64,000 bases of DNA from the human T2T-CHM13v2.0 reference genome, Homo sapiens (GCF_009914755.1 NC_060932.1), one strand, 5' to 3'; counted from the first letter of the stretch, positions 1-15,100 are shown. Numbers and translations: made by a program. Notes: generated by a model not told the origin, from the letters alone.

Positions 1-1335
1 AAGCTACAGTAATCAAGATAGTATGATTAGGGTGAAAGAATAGACTTAGACAAATAGATGAATGAACAGAATAGAGAACTCAGGAAGAAAACCACATAAA
101 TATAAACTGATCTTTGGCAAAGGACCAAGGACATACAGTAGACAAAAAATCGTCTTTTCAACAAATGATGCTAGAACAACTGCACATCCACATAAGAAAG
201 GGTGAGTCTAGACACCTCACACCCTTCACAAAAATCAACTCAAACCATAGACCTAAATATAAAATGTGAAACTTTAAAATTGCTAGACAGAAACAACAAA
301 GATGACCTTAGGATTTGCAATGAGTTTTTAAATATAACAACAAAGACATGATCCATGTAAGAAAAAATCAATAAGCTAGACTTTGTTAAAATTAAAAACT
401 TCTGCTCCATGAAAGAGAACCTCAAGAAAACAAAAAGCCAGAGACTATAAGAAAATATTTTCAAAACGCATATCTTACAAAGCTCTGTTATCTAAAATAC
501 ACAAAGCACACTTAAAACTCACGAACAATAAAACAAGCAACCTAATTTAAAAATGGGCAAAAGATCTGAACAGACACTTCATCAAAATGTCCAAATGAGA
601 ATAAGCATATGAAAAGATGTTTTCCGTAGTATCTCATGAGGAAAATGCAAATTCAAACAATGAGATGCCACCATACACATATTGGAATGACCCAAAACCT
701 TGAACACTTACAACACCAAATGCTGGCAGGGATGCAGAACAATATGAACTTTCATTCATTGCCAGTGGGAATGCGAAACATTATAGCCACTTATTAAGAT
801 ATTTTGGTTGTTTGTAACATAAGACTACTAGCCATACTCTCACCATATAATCCGATAATTGTCCTCCTCCTTATTGACTCTAAAAAAGTGAAGAGGCTGC
901 ATGCTGTGTAATTCCAACTGCATGACACTCTGAGAAAGGCAAAGCTATAGGGACAGGAAAAGTTTCACTGGTTGCCTGGGGCTGGGGGCAGGGAGAGATA
1001 CATAGATGGAGTACAGAGAACTTTTAGGACAGTAAAAATACACTTTATTATACTATAATGGTGGATACATGCAAGTATATATTTGTCAAAACCTGCAGAA
1101 TGTCCAACAGCATGAGTGAGCCCTAATGTAAACTGTAGATTTTGGGTAATAAAGAAGTGTCAGGGTAGATTCATCAATTGCAAAAAAATATACTTCTTTG
1201 GTAGGGAATGTTCATAACCAGGGAGGCTGTGTATGTGGGGACAGCAGGTACGTGGGAAATCTCTGTACCCTCAAAGTAATTTTGATATAAACATAAAACT
1301 ACTTTAAGAAATCTTTTAAATAAATATATAAATAA
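1..1335 (+). mobile_element. LINE-1 3' portion (ORF2 C-terminus + 3'UTR), L1MC1/2-like
   Basis: Degenerate ORF2-end motifs (AAGCTACAGTAATCAAGA, AAATGGGCAAAAGATCTGAACAGACACTTC) and L1MC-type 3'UTR (GAGTGAGCCCTAATGTAAACT...GGGAAATCTCTGTACC), ending in an A-rich tail. Confidence 0.8.
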
Positions 1336-1559
1336 ATTTAAAATAAGTACAAAACATCTACAAGTTAAAAGTGGGTTATATTCTGGTGAAATAGAGCAAC
1401 TTGGTTTCAATATAGATCTACCCTTTCCCGTTTATTTCGTACTGTTTTCATATATGTCACGTTCGTACACATACACACTTAGATGATTAAAATCCAAAAA
1501 TGTGCTGTTTTAATTGTTTTAAATCTTGTATTTCAAAAAATATATAAAGAAAAGAGTAA

Positions 1560-2115
1560 AAGTATTAATGCAGATGTTATTACTTCTGGTGTTCTTCATT
1601 TTTTCCTGTGAAATTGTTTTATAATTTAGAGTCATTTTCCTTTCCATAGGAGGAATTTCCATTTGTAGTTTTTCTAGAATGGCTATGCTAGCAATGGATT
1701 ATCTTAATGTTTGTTGGCCCCAAAATTTATTTTATTTACCATCATTTTAGAAAACTATTTTTAATGGACATAGAGTTCTTGGCAAATGTTTTATTTATTT
1801 ATTTATTTTTTTGTCAGCACTTTGAGTAAGTCATCGTGAGGCCTTCTGGTCTCCATTGTTTCTGATGAAAAGTCAGCTGTTATTCTTATTGCTGTTTATC
1901 TTTAGGTCATAATAATTTTTCTTTTGCCATTTTTAGTATTTTCATCTTTCAGCAATTTGACTATGTTGTATGTAGATGTAACTCTCTTTCTGTTAATTTT
2001 ATTTCTGGTCATTGACCTTCAAGATATGCAATTGCTTTTTATGCATATGTGTAAATTTTCCAGTCAGCCTTTCTTTGAATATGTATTCTTCCTCATTCTG
2101 TTTCTCCTCTCCTTT
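1560..2115 (-). mobile_element. Old L1 fragment (ORF1 region)
   Basis: TTTCTGATGAAAAGTCAGCTGTTATTCTTATTG and TTCAGCAATTTGACTATG are typical antisense old-L1 ORF1 text. Confidence 0.5.
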
Positions 2116-2118
2116 AAA

Positions 2119-5100
2119 ATTTTTTTTTTTTATTTTATGGGTACATAGTAGATGCATATATATATGAAGTATATTAAGTATTTTGATACAGGCATACAAT
2201 GTGTAAAAGTCACATTGGGGTATATGGGGATCCATCACCTCTAGCGATCTTCATTTCTTTGTGTTAAAACCTTCCAGTTATATTATTTTAGTTATTTTTA
2301 AATTTACAATAAATTATTGTTTACTATAATCACCCTGCTGTGCTATAAAATACTAAACGTTATTTATTCAATCTAATTATATTTTTGTACCCATTAACTT
2401 TTCCCACTCCCCCCACCTATTACCTTTCCCAGCCTCTGGTAACCATCATTCTCTCTATTTCCATCAGTTCAATTGTATTAAGTTTTAGAACCCACAAGTG
2501 AGTGAGAACATGCAAAGTTTGTCTTACTATGCCTGGCATGTTTTACTTAACATAATTTCCTCCAGTTTCATCTGTATTATCACAAATAACTGGAGCTCAT
2601 TTTTTAAGTAGCTGAATAGGTACCCCATTGTCTATAGGTACCATATTTTCTTTATCCATTAATCTGTTGATGGATACTTAGGTTTCATCCAAATCATGGC
2701 TATTGTGAATAGTGCTGCAATGAACTTGGGAATGCAGATAACTCTTCAACATACTGATTTCATTTCCTTTGGATAAATACCCAGTAGTAGAATTGTTGGA
2801 TCTTGTGGTGGTTCAATCTATAGTTTTTAAGGAATCTTAATAACAGCTGCACCATTTTGCATCCCCAGCAGCAGTGTACAAGGGTTCCCCATTTGTCCAC
2901 ATCCTCACCAGCATTCAATATTGCCTTTCTTTTGGATAAAAGCAATTTTTACTGGGAGGAGATGATATATTATTATAGTTTTGATTTGCATTTCTCTGGT
3001 GATCAGTGATGTTGGCCACATTTTCATATACCTGTTTGCCATTTGAATGCCTTTTTTGAGAAATGTCTATTTAGACCTTTTGCTCATTTTTATTTTGCAT
3101 AATTAGTTTTTTTCCTATTGAGTTGTTTAAGCTGCTTATATATCCTGTTTATTGTTTTCTTACTGGATGGGTCGTTTGTACATATTTTCTCCCATTCTGT
3201 AGGTGATCTCTTCACTTTGTTGATTGTTTTCTTTGCTATGCAAAAGATTTTGAACTTGACGTGATCACAATTGTCCATTTTTGATTTGTCTGTGCTCTGG
3301 GGATATTACTCAAGAAATCTTTGCCAAGCATGCTGGCTCATGCCTATAATCTCATCACTTTGGGAGGCCAAGGTGGACAGATCACCTGGAGTTCGAGCCC
3401 AGCCTGGCCAACATGGCAAAACCCTGTCTCTATTAAAAATACAAAAATTAGCCAGGCATGGTGGCCTGTGCCTGTAATCCCAGCTGCTTGGGAGGCTGAG
3501 GTAGGAGAATCACTTGAGCCTGGGAGGTGAGGTTGCAGTGAGCTGTGTTCATGCCACTGCACTCCAGACTGGATGACAGAGCAAGACTGTGTCTCAAAAA
3601 ATAAAAGAAATCTTTGTCAATACCAATGGCCTGAGAGCATCCTCAATCTTTTATTTTAGTACTTTCATAGTTTGAGATACTATATTTAAGTTTTTAATAC
3701 ACTTTGATTTGATTTTTGTATATGGAGAGAGATAGGGGTCTAGTTTTATCCTTTTGCAACTGAGTATCCAGTTTTCCCAGCACCATTTATTGAAGAGACT
3801 GTCCTTTCCCCAATGTGTGTCTTTGGCATATTTGTCAAAAATGAGTTCATTGTAGGTATATAGGTTTATTTCTGGATTCTCTTTTCTGTGGGTTGAAGTG
3901 TCTGATTTTATGCCAGTACCATGCTGTTTTGGTTATTATACTCTGTAATATAATTTGAAGTCAGGTAATGTAATTCTTTCTGGCCAGAATGGCTGAGGGT
4001 AGTCTAGGTCTTTGTGGTTTCACATAAATTTTTGGATATTTTTCTACCTCTGTGAAGAATGTCCTTGATATTTTGACTGGAATTGCATTAAATCTGTAGA
4101 CTTCTCTGGGTAGTATGGACATTTTAACAATATTGATTCTTCCAACCCATAAATATGAAATATCTTTCCATTTTTTGTGTCCTCTTTAATTTCTTGCATC
4201 AATTTTTATAATTTTCATTGTAGAAATTTTTCATTTTTTTGATTAGGTTAATTCCTAGATATTTTATTTTTGGCTATTGTAAATGGGATGATTTGATTTT
4301 TTTTTTTTAGATTATTTTCAGTTGGAATATAGAAATGCTACTGATTTTTGCATGCTGATTTTTTGTCCTGCAAATCTACCATATTTGTTTATCAGTTCTA
4401 ATAGTTGTTTTTTTTTTTTTTTTTTTTTTTTTGGTGAACTCTTTAGATTTTTCTAAATACAATATCACATAATGTGCTGAAAAATAATGTGATTTCTTCC
4501 ATTTTAATTCAGTTGCACTTTATTTCTTTCTCTTCTCTGATTGCTCTATCTAGGACTTCTAATATTATGTTGAGTAACAGTGGTTAAAGTTGGCATCCTT
4601 GTCTAATTCCAGATTTTAGAGAAAAGGCTTTTAATTTTCCCTTTTAGTATAATACTAGCTGTAGATCTGTCATATATGGCTTTTATTGTATTGAAGTATC
4701 TTCCTTCTACCATTTTTGAGTTGTTTTTATCATGAAGGTATGTTGGAATTTATCAAATGCTTTTTCAGCGTCAACTGAAATGATTTTAAGGCTTCTATCC
4801 TTTATAATGTTGATATGATGTATTGCATTGATTGATTTGCTTATGCTGAACCATCCTTGCATCTCTGGAATAAATTCCGCTTCGTCATGATATATGATCT
4901 TTTTAATGCACTGTTGAAGTCAGTTTGCTAGTACTTTGTTGATGATTTTGGCATCAATATTCATCAGGAATATGGTCTGCAGTTTTCTTAATACGTCTTT
5001 TTTGGTTTGAGAATCAGGATAATACTGGTCTCGTAGCAGGAGTTTGGAAGTATTTCCTCCTCTATTTTTTTGAAATTTTTTGAGTAGGATTGCTATGAAT

Positions 5101-6318
5101 TCTTTAAGTGTGTGGTAGACTTCAGCAGTGAAGCCACTGGGTCCCAGACTTTTCTTTGCTGGGAGACTTACTATTATGGCTTTGATCTCATTACATGTCA
5201 TTGGTCTATTTAGACTGTGGAGTTCTTCATGATTCAATCTTGGTAGGTTGTATGTGTCTAGAAATTTATTCCTTTATTTAGGTTTTCCAATTTATTGGCA
5301 TATAGTTTATTGTAGTCTCTAATGATCCTCTGGCTTTTTGCAGTATGAGTTGTAATGCCTATTTTTTCATCTCTGATTTTGAGTTTTCTCTCTTTTTATC
5401 CTAGTCTGGCTAAAGGTTTGTCAATTTGTTTAACTTTTCAAAAAAGCAACTTTTCATTTTATTAACAAAGCAAAAAATATAAATGCTGGGTGCATATATA
5501 TTTACAAGTGTTATATTTTCTTTCTCAGTTGATGCTTTTATCATTATATAATGACCTTCTAGGTTTCTTTTTAGATTTTTTCTTTTGAAGCCCATTGTGT
5601 TACAAGTATAGCTAATCCTGCTTTTTTTGTTTCTATTTGCATGGAATATTTTCTTTCATCTCTTTATTTTTTGGCTGCTTGTATATATCTATGGGTGAAA
5701 TGTGTTTCTTGTAGACAACGTATCATCGGGTTTTGTATTTTTTTAATACATCCTGCCACTCTATCTTTTGATCAGAGTTCAATTCATTTACATTCAATGC
5801 TATTATTGATAGGTAAATATTACTTATCAATAATACTTATTTTTTATTATTTGCTTCCGGGTTGTTTTGTGGTCGTCTTCCTTCTTTGCATCTCGTCTTC
5901 TTTTTTGTGATGGTGGTTTGCTCTGCTAGTATGTTTTCATTTACTGCTTTTTATTTTTGGTGTTACTGTTGTAGGTTTTAAATTTGAGGTTACTACGGGG
6001 CTTGCAAATAACATCTTAAAACCCATTATTTCAAACTGATGACAACTTAACACTGATTGCAAAAACCAATAAACTAATAAAGAGAATTAACAAACGTTCT
6101 ACATTTTTACTTCATCCCTCTGGCTGTTTAAATTTGTGTTCTATTTGTATCTTATATTGTCTGTCTTGAGAAGTTATTATTTTTAATATGTTCATTATTT
6201 AGTCTTTCTACTCAAGGTTTGAGTAGTGTGCACACCACAACTGTAGAGTTATCATACTCTCAGTTTGTCTGTGTACTTACTTTTACCAGTGAGTTTTGTA
6301 CCATCAGACGATTTCTGA
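2119..6318 (-). mobile_element. LINE-1, L1MA2-4-like, 5'-truncated, internally deleted, interrupted by an Alu
   Basis: Poly-T tail at 2119 and L1MA 3'UTR (TTTTGATACAGGCATACAATG); ORF2 relics in the ORF track, e.g. 4920-5237 (KKSLGPSGFTAE...MNIDAKIINKVLAN) and 5410-5595 (EGHYIMIK...ITLVNIYAP). Confidence 0.9.
3323..3604 (+). mobile_element. Alu (S/J) inserted in L1
   Basis: Dimeric Alu with A tail; TSD AAGAAATCTTT(G) at 3312 and 3605. Confidence 0.95.
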
Positions 6319-6779
6319 ATTTTAGCTTGGAAAGTCATGGGTTTACATTCCCAACTCAAATAGTTTACCACATCTAATACCAAATCTTATCCTAGACAAA
6401 TTGACATCTGTAATCGATAGAGCTGGGCATGGCAAGGCCTCTGATTCTCACCATTCTTAAGACTTTTCTTTGGCCTAACATATGGCCTTAGTGAAAAATC
6501 TAGTCATTCTTTCAAAACTAAATGCTTCTGAATTTGAGTCTTCCTCTGGTTGATTTCCAGAGCCATGGAATTGTTGTTTTTTATCTTTGTTTTTTTTTGC
6601 TTTAGTGCTTTATAACAATTATTTCATAGAAGGTGGTAGAGACATTGGAATATTATATCTATGATAGAAGGATGAACTTAAAGTAATGATTTATGTGAAA
6701 GGTGCAAATTTAATGACTAAGTAATAACACTGAAAATGGGAAAATAAATTACAACTACAAGCTTGTTGTGGCATAATTT

Positions 6780-9750
6780 TAAAAAAGTGCTTAGTAAGAA
6801 AGGTGAGAAAAACAAGAGTAGTTGGGATGAAAAATAAACATTAAAATATTTATAATGTGTAATATTCCAGTGATAAAAATGGAATAGGCACTCAAAGGAC
6901 AGATATTGTCTAAATGTTGTTTAATAAGCATATTAGATTAATAAAATCAGAAGATAAGATACAATATAAAAATCACCAAGGTAAAAAGTTGATTCTTTGA
7001 AAACTAATAAAAATCAATCAACCCTAGCCACGGTGATAAAGAGATAAAGCACAAGTTAATATTTATGATTTAACAGTGGATTACAAAAAAACCCTGCCAT
7101 TTTTGCAGACTTTAAAAAATAAGAAAATATGCCAAACAATTACAAATTTAAAGATAAAATAGACAAATTCATAGAAAAAACATACTTTTACAAGCACAAA
7201 AAGAAATAGAAAAATCGGAACATTTCTACACTTATTCAAGATCTTGAAACTGTACTAAAAACTTCCCACAAAGAAATCTGCAAGACCAGATGGCTTCACT
7301 AGTGAGTCCATCCAAATGTTTAAGAAGGAAATAACATTCTTTTTCAAACTCCTTTACAAAAATTACAACGAAAAAAGAAGGGGAGATATTTTCAACTTCT
7401 TTTATGAAACATCATATCTGTGAACACCATAATATTATAAGGACATGAAAAGGTAGGAAAACCAGAAGCTATAAACCAATTGTCCTCATGAAAACAGATT
7501 TTAAAATAAACAATAATAGCAAATTGAATTTATCAGTATATAAAGAGGATGCTGAATCATAATCATGTAGCTTATTTGTGAAAGCATTTATTTTTATTCT
7601 TTTAAATACTTGGTAATCACTTGATTTATATTTTCTCACTAAATAAAAAAGCAAAATTTAAGGTCGTCTCAGTGGATGCCAAAAAAAGCATATGAAAAAG
7701 TCAACAGCTAGCAACTATAAACACATTGACAAGCTAGGAGGCGGAGGGGACTCCCTTAATCATAAATTATTAAAAATGTTTATTCTGAGGTCTGGATTGA
7801 AACAAGGATGTCTCCTCGCACCATTTCTATCCAGCATTGTATGAAAGTCACAGCCAGAAAAATAAACCATGCGAAAAAAGAATGAAATCACAGTGATTTG
7901 AAGGTAAGAACAAAAAATACGATTCTTAGAAAATCTCAAACAATATGGATTCTAAATAAATTGAAACTATACATTTAGCACAAACTAAATATAAGGTCAG
8001 CTTAAGTATTGTATTTCTGTGTAAATATTGTATTTCTATAATAAGCAATTAGAAAATGAAATTTTAAACTATTTATAACGTAAAGCACCAAGTAACTGAT
8101 ACTAACAAAGATGTGCATATTCTATAAGCAGAAAACTACAAAACACAGTGAACATGAATTAAAGTCTACATAGAGAAACTTCTTTGACTGGAAGACTCAA
8201 TGTCAACAGAACTTCACTTAATATGAAAAGTTCTGCACCTATTGATCAAAACATTTGATGCAACTCTAATGAAAATACCAGAAGGTAGTTTGCCTGTTTG
8301 TTTGTTTATTTATTGTCATTGGCATACTGACTCTAAAATTCATATGTGGGCTCAAAGGGTCAAGAGTAACTAAAATAACCTTATATGACAATAACAAAAT
8401 CAAAGGGTTTATGGTACCAAATGTCAAGACTTATAATATTGGTAGAATCATTAAAACCACTGAGCATTGATTGAGCATTAGGTAAACAGACAGATAGAAT
8501 AGGAAGCCCAGAACCAAACTCCCAAATGTTCTGTAATTTGATTTATGACAATGATTGTGCTACAGTGATGTGCAGAAAGGACATTTTTGTAACAAATGAT
8601 GCTAGGCCCATTGGATATTAATTTTCAAAAATCTTGACACATCAAATTATACATAAAATCTATTCCAGTTCCATGTATTTTATGAAATTAGCATTGACAC
8701 AGATTTCTTAAACAGGAGAAAAAATAAAAGGACTAACCTAAAGAGAACTACCTATGAATTACACTAAAGTGATACTTTTTATCATAAAATGATTTTATTA
8801 AGGGAGTGAAAATTCATTCCACAGAATGAGAGGTGATACTAGTAATTCTTAATAAAACCATTCAGAAGCAGAATATATAAAGAATTCCTCCTGCAGACCC
8901 CCATAAGCAACAAATCACCCAATAGAAGTAAAAGCAGAACAAGATTTACAAAAAGCCAACACAATCATAAAAGTGCTGACTTTTTAAATTATTGGAGTCA
9001 TAGAAATTAAGACCTACCAGAGTGGCTTAAAATTAAATACTGAACACATCAAGTGTTCATGAGTGTGAGAAGCAACTACTGATGGGAGATAAATTGGCAC
9101 AAATACATTGGACAACTCCTGCAGTTTCTACAAAACTGAAACTATGTCTACTTTCTAGGCCAACATTCTACTTCTAGAAAATACTGAAAAGAAAACCATG
9201 TATTTATTCATCGAAGGATATTATACGTTGTCTGTAACAAAATAATTTAAGTAGCCTAAAACTGGAAAGAAATAAAAGTTGATTTAGTCATTCCATAATG
9301 TATGCGTATATCAAAACGATATGTTGTACACCATAAATGTATACAATCTTACTTGCCAGTTAAAAAATAAATTACAAAAATGGTTCATGTAGATGAATAG
9401 ATTTTGGAGTAGTCATAAAATGGAATCTATCCCTCAGTGAAAAAATAAAACTAACTTCCATTATAATTGAACAACATTGATAAATCTCAGGAATAATTTT
9501 GTTCTAAGGAATCCAAATATAAGAGTATACATTTTCTAATTCCATTTATTCAAGGTTCAGACCTGATTTTAAGAAAGCTTACCAATAGCGACAAGTTAGC
9601 ATAGTCATTACTTTGTGGAGATGCTGGGCCTAACACCTGTTCCGGGAAGCTTGTAACATGTTATTTCTTCCTCTGGGTTATGGTCACACAAGGGTGTTTA
9701 CCTGGCAAAATCCATCAAGCCAAAATATGTCATATTCAATATACAGTTTA
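6780..9750 (+). mobile_element. Very old LINE-1 (L1ME-like) ORF2 + 3'UTR
   Basis: Degenerate ORF2 text (GACCAGATGGCTTCACTAGTGAGT, AACAAGGATGTC, GGAAGACTCAAT) and A-rich sense bias. Confidence 0.7.
9281..9370 (+). mobile_element. Short L1MA 3'-terminal fragment nested in older L1
   Basis: GATTTAGTCATTCCATAATGTATGCGTATATCAAAAC...TGTACACCATAAAT resembles the L1MA terminus. Confidence 0.55.
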
Positions 9751-9789
9751 CTTTTAAAAGTTTACTGTGGCTACTGAGTTGGCAAAGAG

Positions 9790-10440
9790 GATGAGAGTAG
9801 AGGATGAGAGGTATGCCCTTAAAACAGGTGAGAGTGAAGACAGCCTGGACTAGGGCTGTGTGCTGGAGGCAGTGGGAAAGCTTCAGATCTAGCATCCCTG
9901 CTAATGGTTTGGGAGAGAAAGAGGAATCAAGAATGACGCTGGTGTTTGGCCTGAGCAACTTGCAGGATGAATTTCCTTGTATTCAGATGGTGAAGGCTGT
10001 AGGAGAAACAGGTTGTGAGTAGAGTATCAGAGAGTTGGTTTGAAGACAGGTTGTTTGGGAGACCTGTATTGAAGATCCAATTGCAGATGTTGTACACACA
10101 TGTGTGTATGCCAACCTGGAGTTCCAGAGTGTGTCAAATGATATTGACCAGTCAAAATTGATGTGAACTGGAGACTGACCCTGTGCTTTAGAAAGCATCT
10201 GTTACTGATGATGTTAACAGGAGCGTTTGTTTGTTTGTTTGTTTGTTTGTTTGTTTCAAGTGGTAGAGGTGACAGCCAGATAGCTATAAATTTAACAGAG
10301 TCTGAGAGGAGAGCAATTGAAGATAGATGGGTACAGATGTCTCTATTGACAAGCTTTGCCACAAAGGAGAGAAGGCAAATGCAGAGATGCAGGTCAAGAC
10401 ATCGCTTTTTATTGATCTTTTTTTTAAGATAGGAGACATC
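9790..10440 (-). mobile_element. LINE-2 fragment
   Basis: Reverse complement of GAGAAAGAGGAATCAAGAATGAC...TTTGGCCTGAGCAAC matches the L2 core; internal (GTTT)n at about 10224-10256. Confidence 0.7.
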
Positions 10441-10482
10441 ACAGCATGTCATTTCTTCCAGGCCTTCTCAGCAGACAGTTAG

Positions 10483-10960
<478 letters not shown>

Positions 10961-11299
10961 TCCCCTTTTTTTAGTTGTAAGCTTATTCTCTCACCATAAC
11001 AAACCCAGTGCTTATTATCTACAATATGTTTATTTGTTGAATTTTACGACAAATATACTTTGAGAATTGTTTATCCGTATCTCTGGGAGAAGCAGATTAT
11101 CCGCAAGATGACATCCTTAAGGTAAAACAGCCTTTAGCTTTACAGTACCCAGTCAAGGTATCCTTTTCAAAGTTAGCCACCCCTTTCAGGGCACTCATAT
11201 TATTCGTTCAGATAGATTCACTTGTTAATCTTAACACTTTATTTTTGGTTCAGCTCACATGCTAGTGGCTTTTAGTTCTTTGTTTAATTCTGGGTATAT

Positions 11300-14200
11300 G
11301 AAGGATACGTGGAACTGTGAAAAGTCAGTGCTATAAGAGACAGATGCATCCCTTTCTCTTCATCCCTACTCCTCCCTCCCGTTTGTACTCACACCTCTCC
11401 CGATGACTTTTCCTCCTGCACACTGTAGGTAATCAATCCCCTCCTCATGTATACTTCCTGCATTTCTTTTTGTATAAATGAGCAAATAAATATATACTGT
11501 ATATGTCCTTTTTTACATAAAGGATAGCATCCTGTAAGTACCCTTTTGTGCTTTGCTTGTTTTATTTAACATTATGTCCTTGTAAAAATCACTTCATATG
11601 AGTATATAATTTTATTTTAAACAGCTGAAAAGTGCCCTATTTTGTAGAGGCACCTCAGTTGATGCATAAATTATTAGTTGCTCAAACACCTTCCATATAT
11701 AGGAATAGAAGATGTTTCCAATATTTTGTAATTCCAAACAATGCTACAAAATATAACCGTGTGCATTTGTATTTCTGTATTGTTGGTGCTGTAGCTTTAG
11801 GGTAGATTATTAGAGGTGAGATGGCTGAGTCAAAGGTTAAGTGCAGATGTAGGTAGGTTTTTTGTTTGGTTGGGTTCCCTTAAGTATCTGCAAGTTTTCT
11901 TCTAGATGGGTTGAAACATTCTGCATTCTCATTAATAAAGTTTGAGAATGCCTGATTCCTGACAGCGTCACAGCAGAATGGGTTGTTTAATTTTCAATAA
12001 TTTGTACCAGTCTAACTGGTTAGAAATTATATCTCAGGTTGTTGTAACTTGTTGAGAACTACAAGTGAATATTTTGTTGGTACATTTGAAGGAAATTGTA
12101 ATCTGTGTTTCTGTGACCTAGTTGTTCGCTGCAGTTTTCCATTTCTCTACGGCGTCTTTAGCCCTTTGCCCCTCAATATGTAAGTGTTCTTCCTGAATTG
12201 GGAGTATTAACCCTTTGCCTCTGGTGTATGTGGAGACTGTTGCCTCCCAGAATGAAAGTTGGCTTTTGCTTATGCTTATGATGTTTCTATGATGCACTTA
12301 TTTTATTTTGTATTTTGGTAAGAACACCTATGAGACCTACCCTCTTAGCATGTTTTCAAGTGTAAAATATAGTATTGTCAACTACATGTACAGTGTTGGA
12401 CAGCAGACCTTTAGAATTTAATTCATCTTTGCTGGACTGAAACCTTATTCTCCTTGATCAGCAACTTCCCATTTTCCCCCTTCTGTAGCCCCTGACAACC
12501 ACCATTCACTGTTCGATTTTATGAATTTGACTGTTTTAGATATGTAAGTGAAATTAGGCAGTATTTGCCTTTCTGGCTTATTTAAGTAACTGATGTATTT
12601 CACTTAGCATTTCCTCAAGGCTCATCCATGGTGTTGCATATTACAGAATTTCCTTATTTCTTAAGATTGAATATTATTCTATCAAGAGTCCTCAAAAACT
12701 AAAAATAGAGCTGTCATATGATCTAGCAATCCCACTTCTGGTATTTATCCAAAATAATTTAAATCGAGATCTTGAAGAAATGTCAGCAAGCCCATGTTCA
12801 TTGCGGCACCATTCAAAATACCCAAGACAGGGAAGCAACGTAAATGTCTATCAACAGATAAAGAAAATGTGGTGTATATATAGAATGGAATACTTTTTTA
12901 TTTTTAAAAAAGTTAATTAAGTTCTAACAGCTATTCATTTTTAAAAAAGAAATTTTTGTGTAGCTAATTTTATCCATTTCTTATTAACTGTAGATTACCA
13001 TTTATTGTTAGAAAGTCATCTCCTACACCAGTGTTAAAGATTGATTCATGTTATTTTGTAGTGCTTGTATAGCTTTGATTTTTGCCTTTATATCCCTAAT
13101 CTACTTGGAGTTTGTTATTGTTTATTGGCTGAGATTTGATGGAACATTATATTTTTGCAAACGACTACCCACTTGTCCAAACACCATACATTGAAGATTT
13201 CATCTTTACCTCTGTGATTTGAGATAAGATTTTGGCCATATTCTGTGTTTCCAAAAGTATTTGGGTCTGACTCTGGACTTTCTCTTCAATTCTACTTGTA
13301 TATTTGTCTATTCATGAATCAGTGCCATGATATTTAAATACTGGAGACTTTAAAATATGTTCGACTCTCTGACAGGGTTGGTTCCCACTCATAGATTTTT
13401 CTTTTTCATTGTGCACCTAGCCATTCTTTCATGTTTGTTTTTCCATAGGAACTTCTGCATCAAATTATCTAACTTCATAAAATAGCTTGTAGAGTTTTCT
13501 ATTGGGATTGTATTGAAATTAATTGAGCTTACAGAAAATTGACATATTTATAATGTTGAGTCCTTTTCTCCTAGAATAAGGGATAGCCTTCCATTTCTTC
13601 ACATCTCTTGTCTTGCAAGAACTATTTTTATATTTACCTTGTAAAAGATTTTTTATATTTGTTGTTAAGTTTATTTCTAGGTTTTACTCATCTTTATTGC
13701 TATGTTAAATATATATTTTCTCTCCCGTTATGTTCTCTGTATATGTTTATTTTTATGAGGGCTGTGGGGTTTTGTATGCTAATTTTATAGTCTGTTATTT
13801 CACTGAATTATTTTAGTGTTTTGTAAGTTTTATTATATATTCTTTGGGATTTTCTAGGTATACCATCCTATCATCTGCAATACAGGTAGCTGTATGCTTT
13901 CTTTATACATTCTTATGTTTCTAATTGGCTTATTTTATTCAATTGTACTGGCTAATGCCTTCAGTATCAAATTGAATCATCTTGGCAATACAGGGCATGC
14001 TTGTTTCAGATCTCATTTGTGATTCTAGTAGCGTTTTTTCTCCAGTAAATAAGATACTAGCTTTAAGACTAAGATATAAAAATACACATACGCACACAAA
14101 CATACATCTACAGTAAACATACACAGTGCTATACATAAAGTATATACAGCACAGAATATGTACATGTACATACATATCTATATCTGAATAAAAGTATACA

Positions 14201-15100
14201 TATATACATGTATTGTTGAACTATTCCACAGTTTCTGTTTTCTTAGTGTTTTATCATAAATAAGTGTTAAGTTTTGGCAAAAGACCTCTACACAACTTTG
14301 GAGATGACCGTATATTTTTCCTTAGATTTATTAATATTACATATATATAACTGAATTTCTAATATTGAACTGAATTTGCATTTCTGGAATGCAAGTTGGT
14401 CATGGAGTATTATTTTTTCATAGTGATGATGGATTCGAATGGCTAAGGTTATGCTTAAAATTATTGCACTGATATTTATAAAATATATTGGTCTGTACCT
14501 TCATTTCTTTGTACTGGCTTCATCTGGTTTAGGTATCAGTATAATATTTGCCTCATAAAGATAAGTTACAAAGGTTGTCTTCTCTTTTATTGCTCTAGAG
14601 TAATTTTAGACCATTGGGAATATTTGTGTTTTAAGATTTGGTATAAATCCTCTTTGAAACTCTATAGGTCTTGCTTTCTCATTTCTGTATAGTTTTCTCT
14701 CTTTCTTCCGTGGAAATTGGTCCGTGTAACTCCTCAACTCTCTAATTTTCCAGCAGCCTATCATCGAGCAATATATAAAATTAATTTGCATAAAAGTCAT
14801 CAAAGTAGTATCATTTTTTGTAATGCCTTCATTTTCATTAGTTATTTCTGCTTTGTCATTTCTTATTTTGTACATTTGCTTTCCCTCCTTTTTTATGGAT
14901 TAAATTCGGTAGTGGTCTATTTTGCTGTTTTTTTCAAATACAATGTTTAAATTCATGAATTAGATTTGCTGTTTTCCTGTTGCTTTTTTCATTTATTTGC
15001 ATAATTATTTTTGTGACGTAGTTCCTTATGTTTTCTTCGGTTTAATATGTCACTCTTTTTACTATTTTTATGTGGTGGGAATTTAATCCCACTTTTAGTC
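11300..15100 (-). mobile_element. Very old LINE-1 (L1MC/ME-like), fragmented
   Basis: Antisense ORF2/3'UTR text (ATTGGGATTGTATTGAA, ATCATCTGCAA, GGTATCAGTATAATATTTGCCTCATAA). Confidence 0.65.
12300..12893 (-). mobile_element. L1MA/MB 3' end with 5' inversion (twin priming)
   Basis: 12300-12681 is antisense 3'UTR; 12682-12893 is sense L1 (CCTCAAAAACTAAAAATAGAGCTG...ATGGAATAC). Confidence 0.8.
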
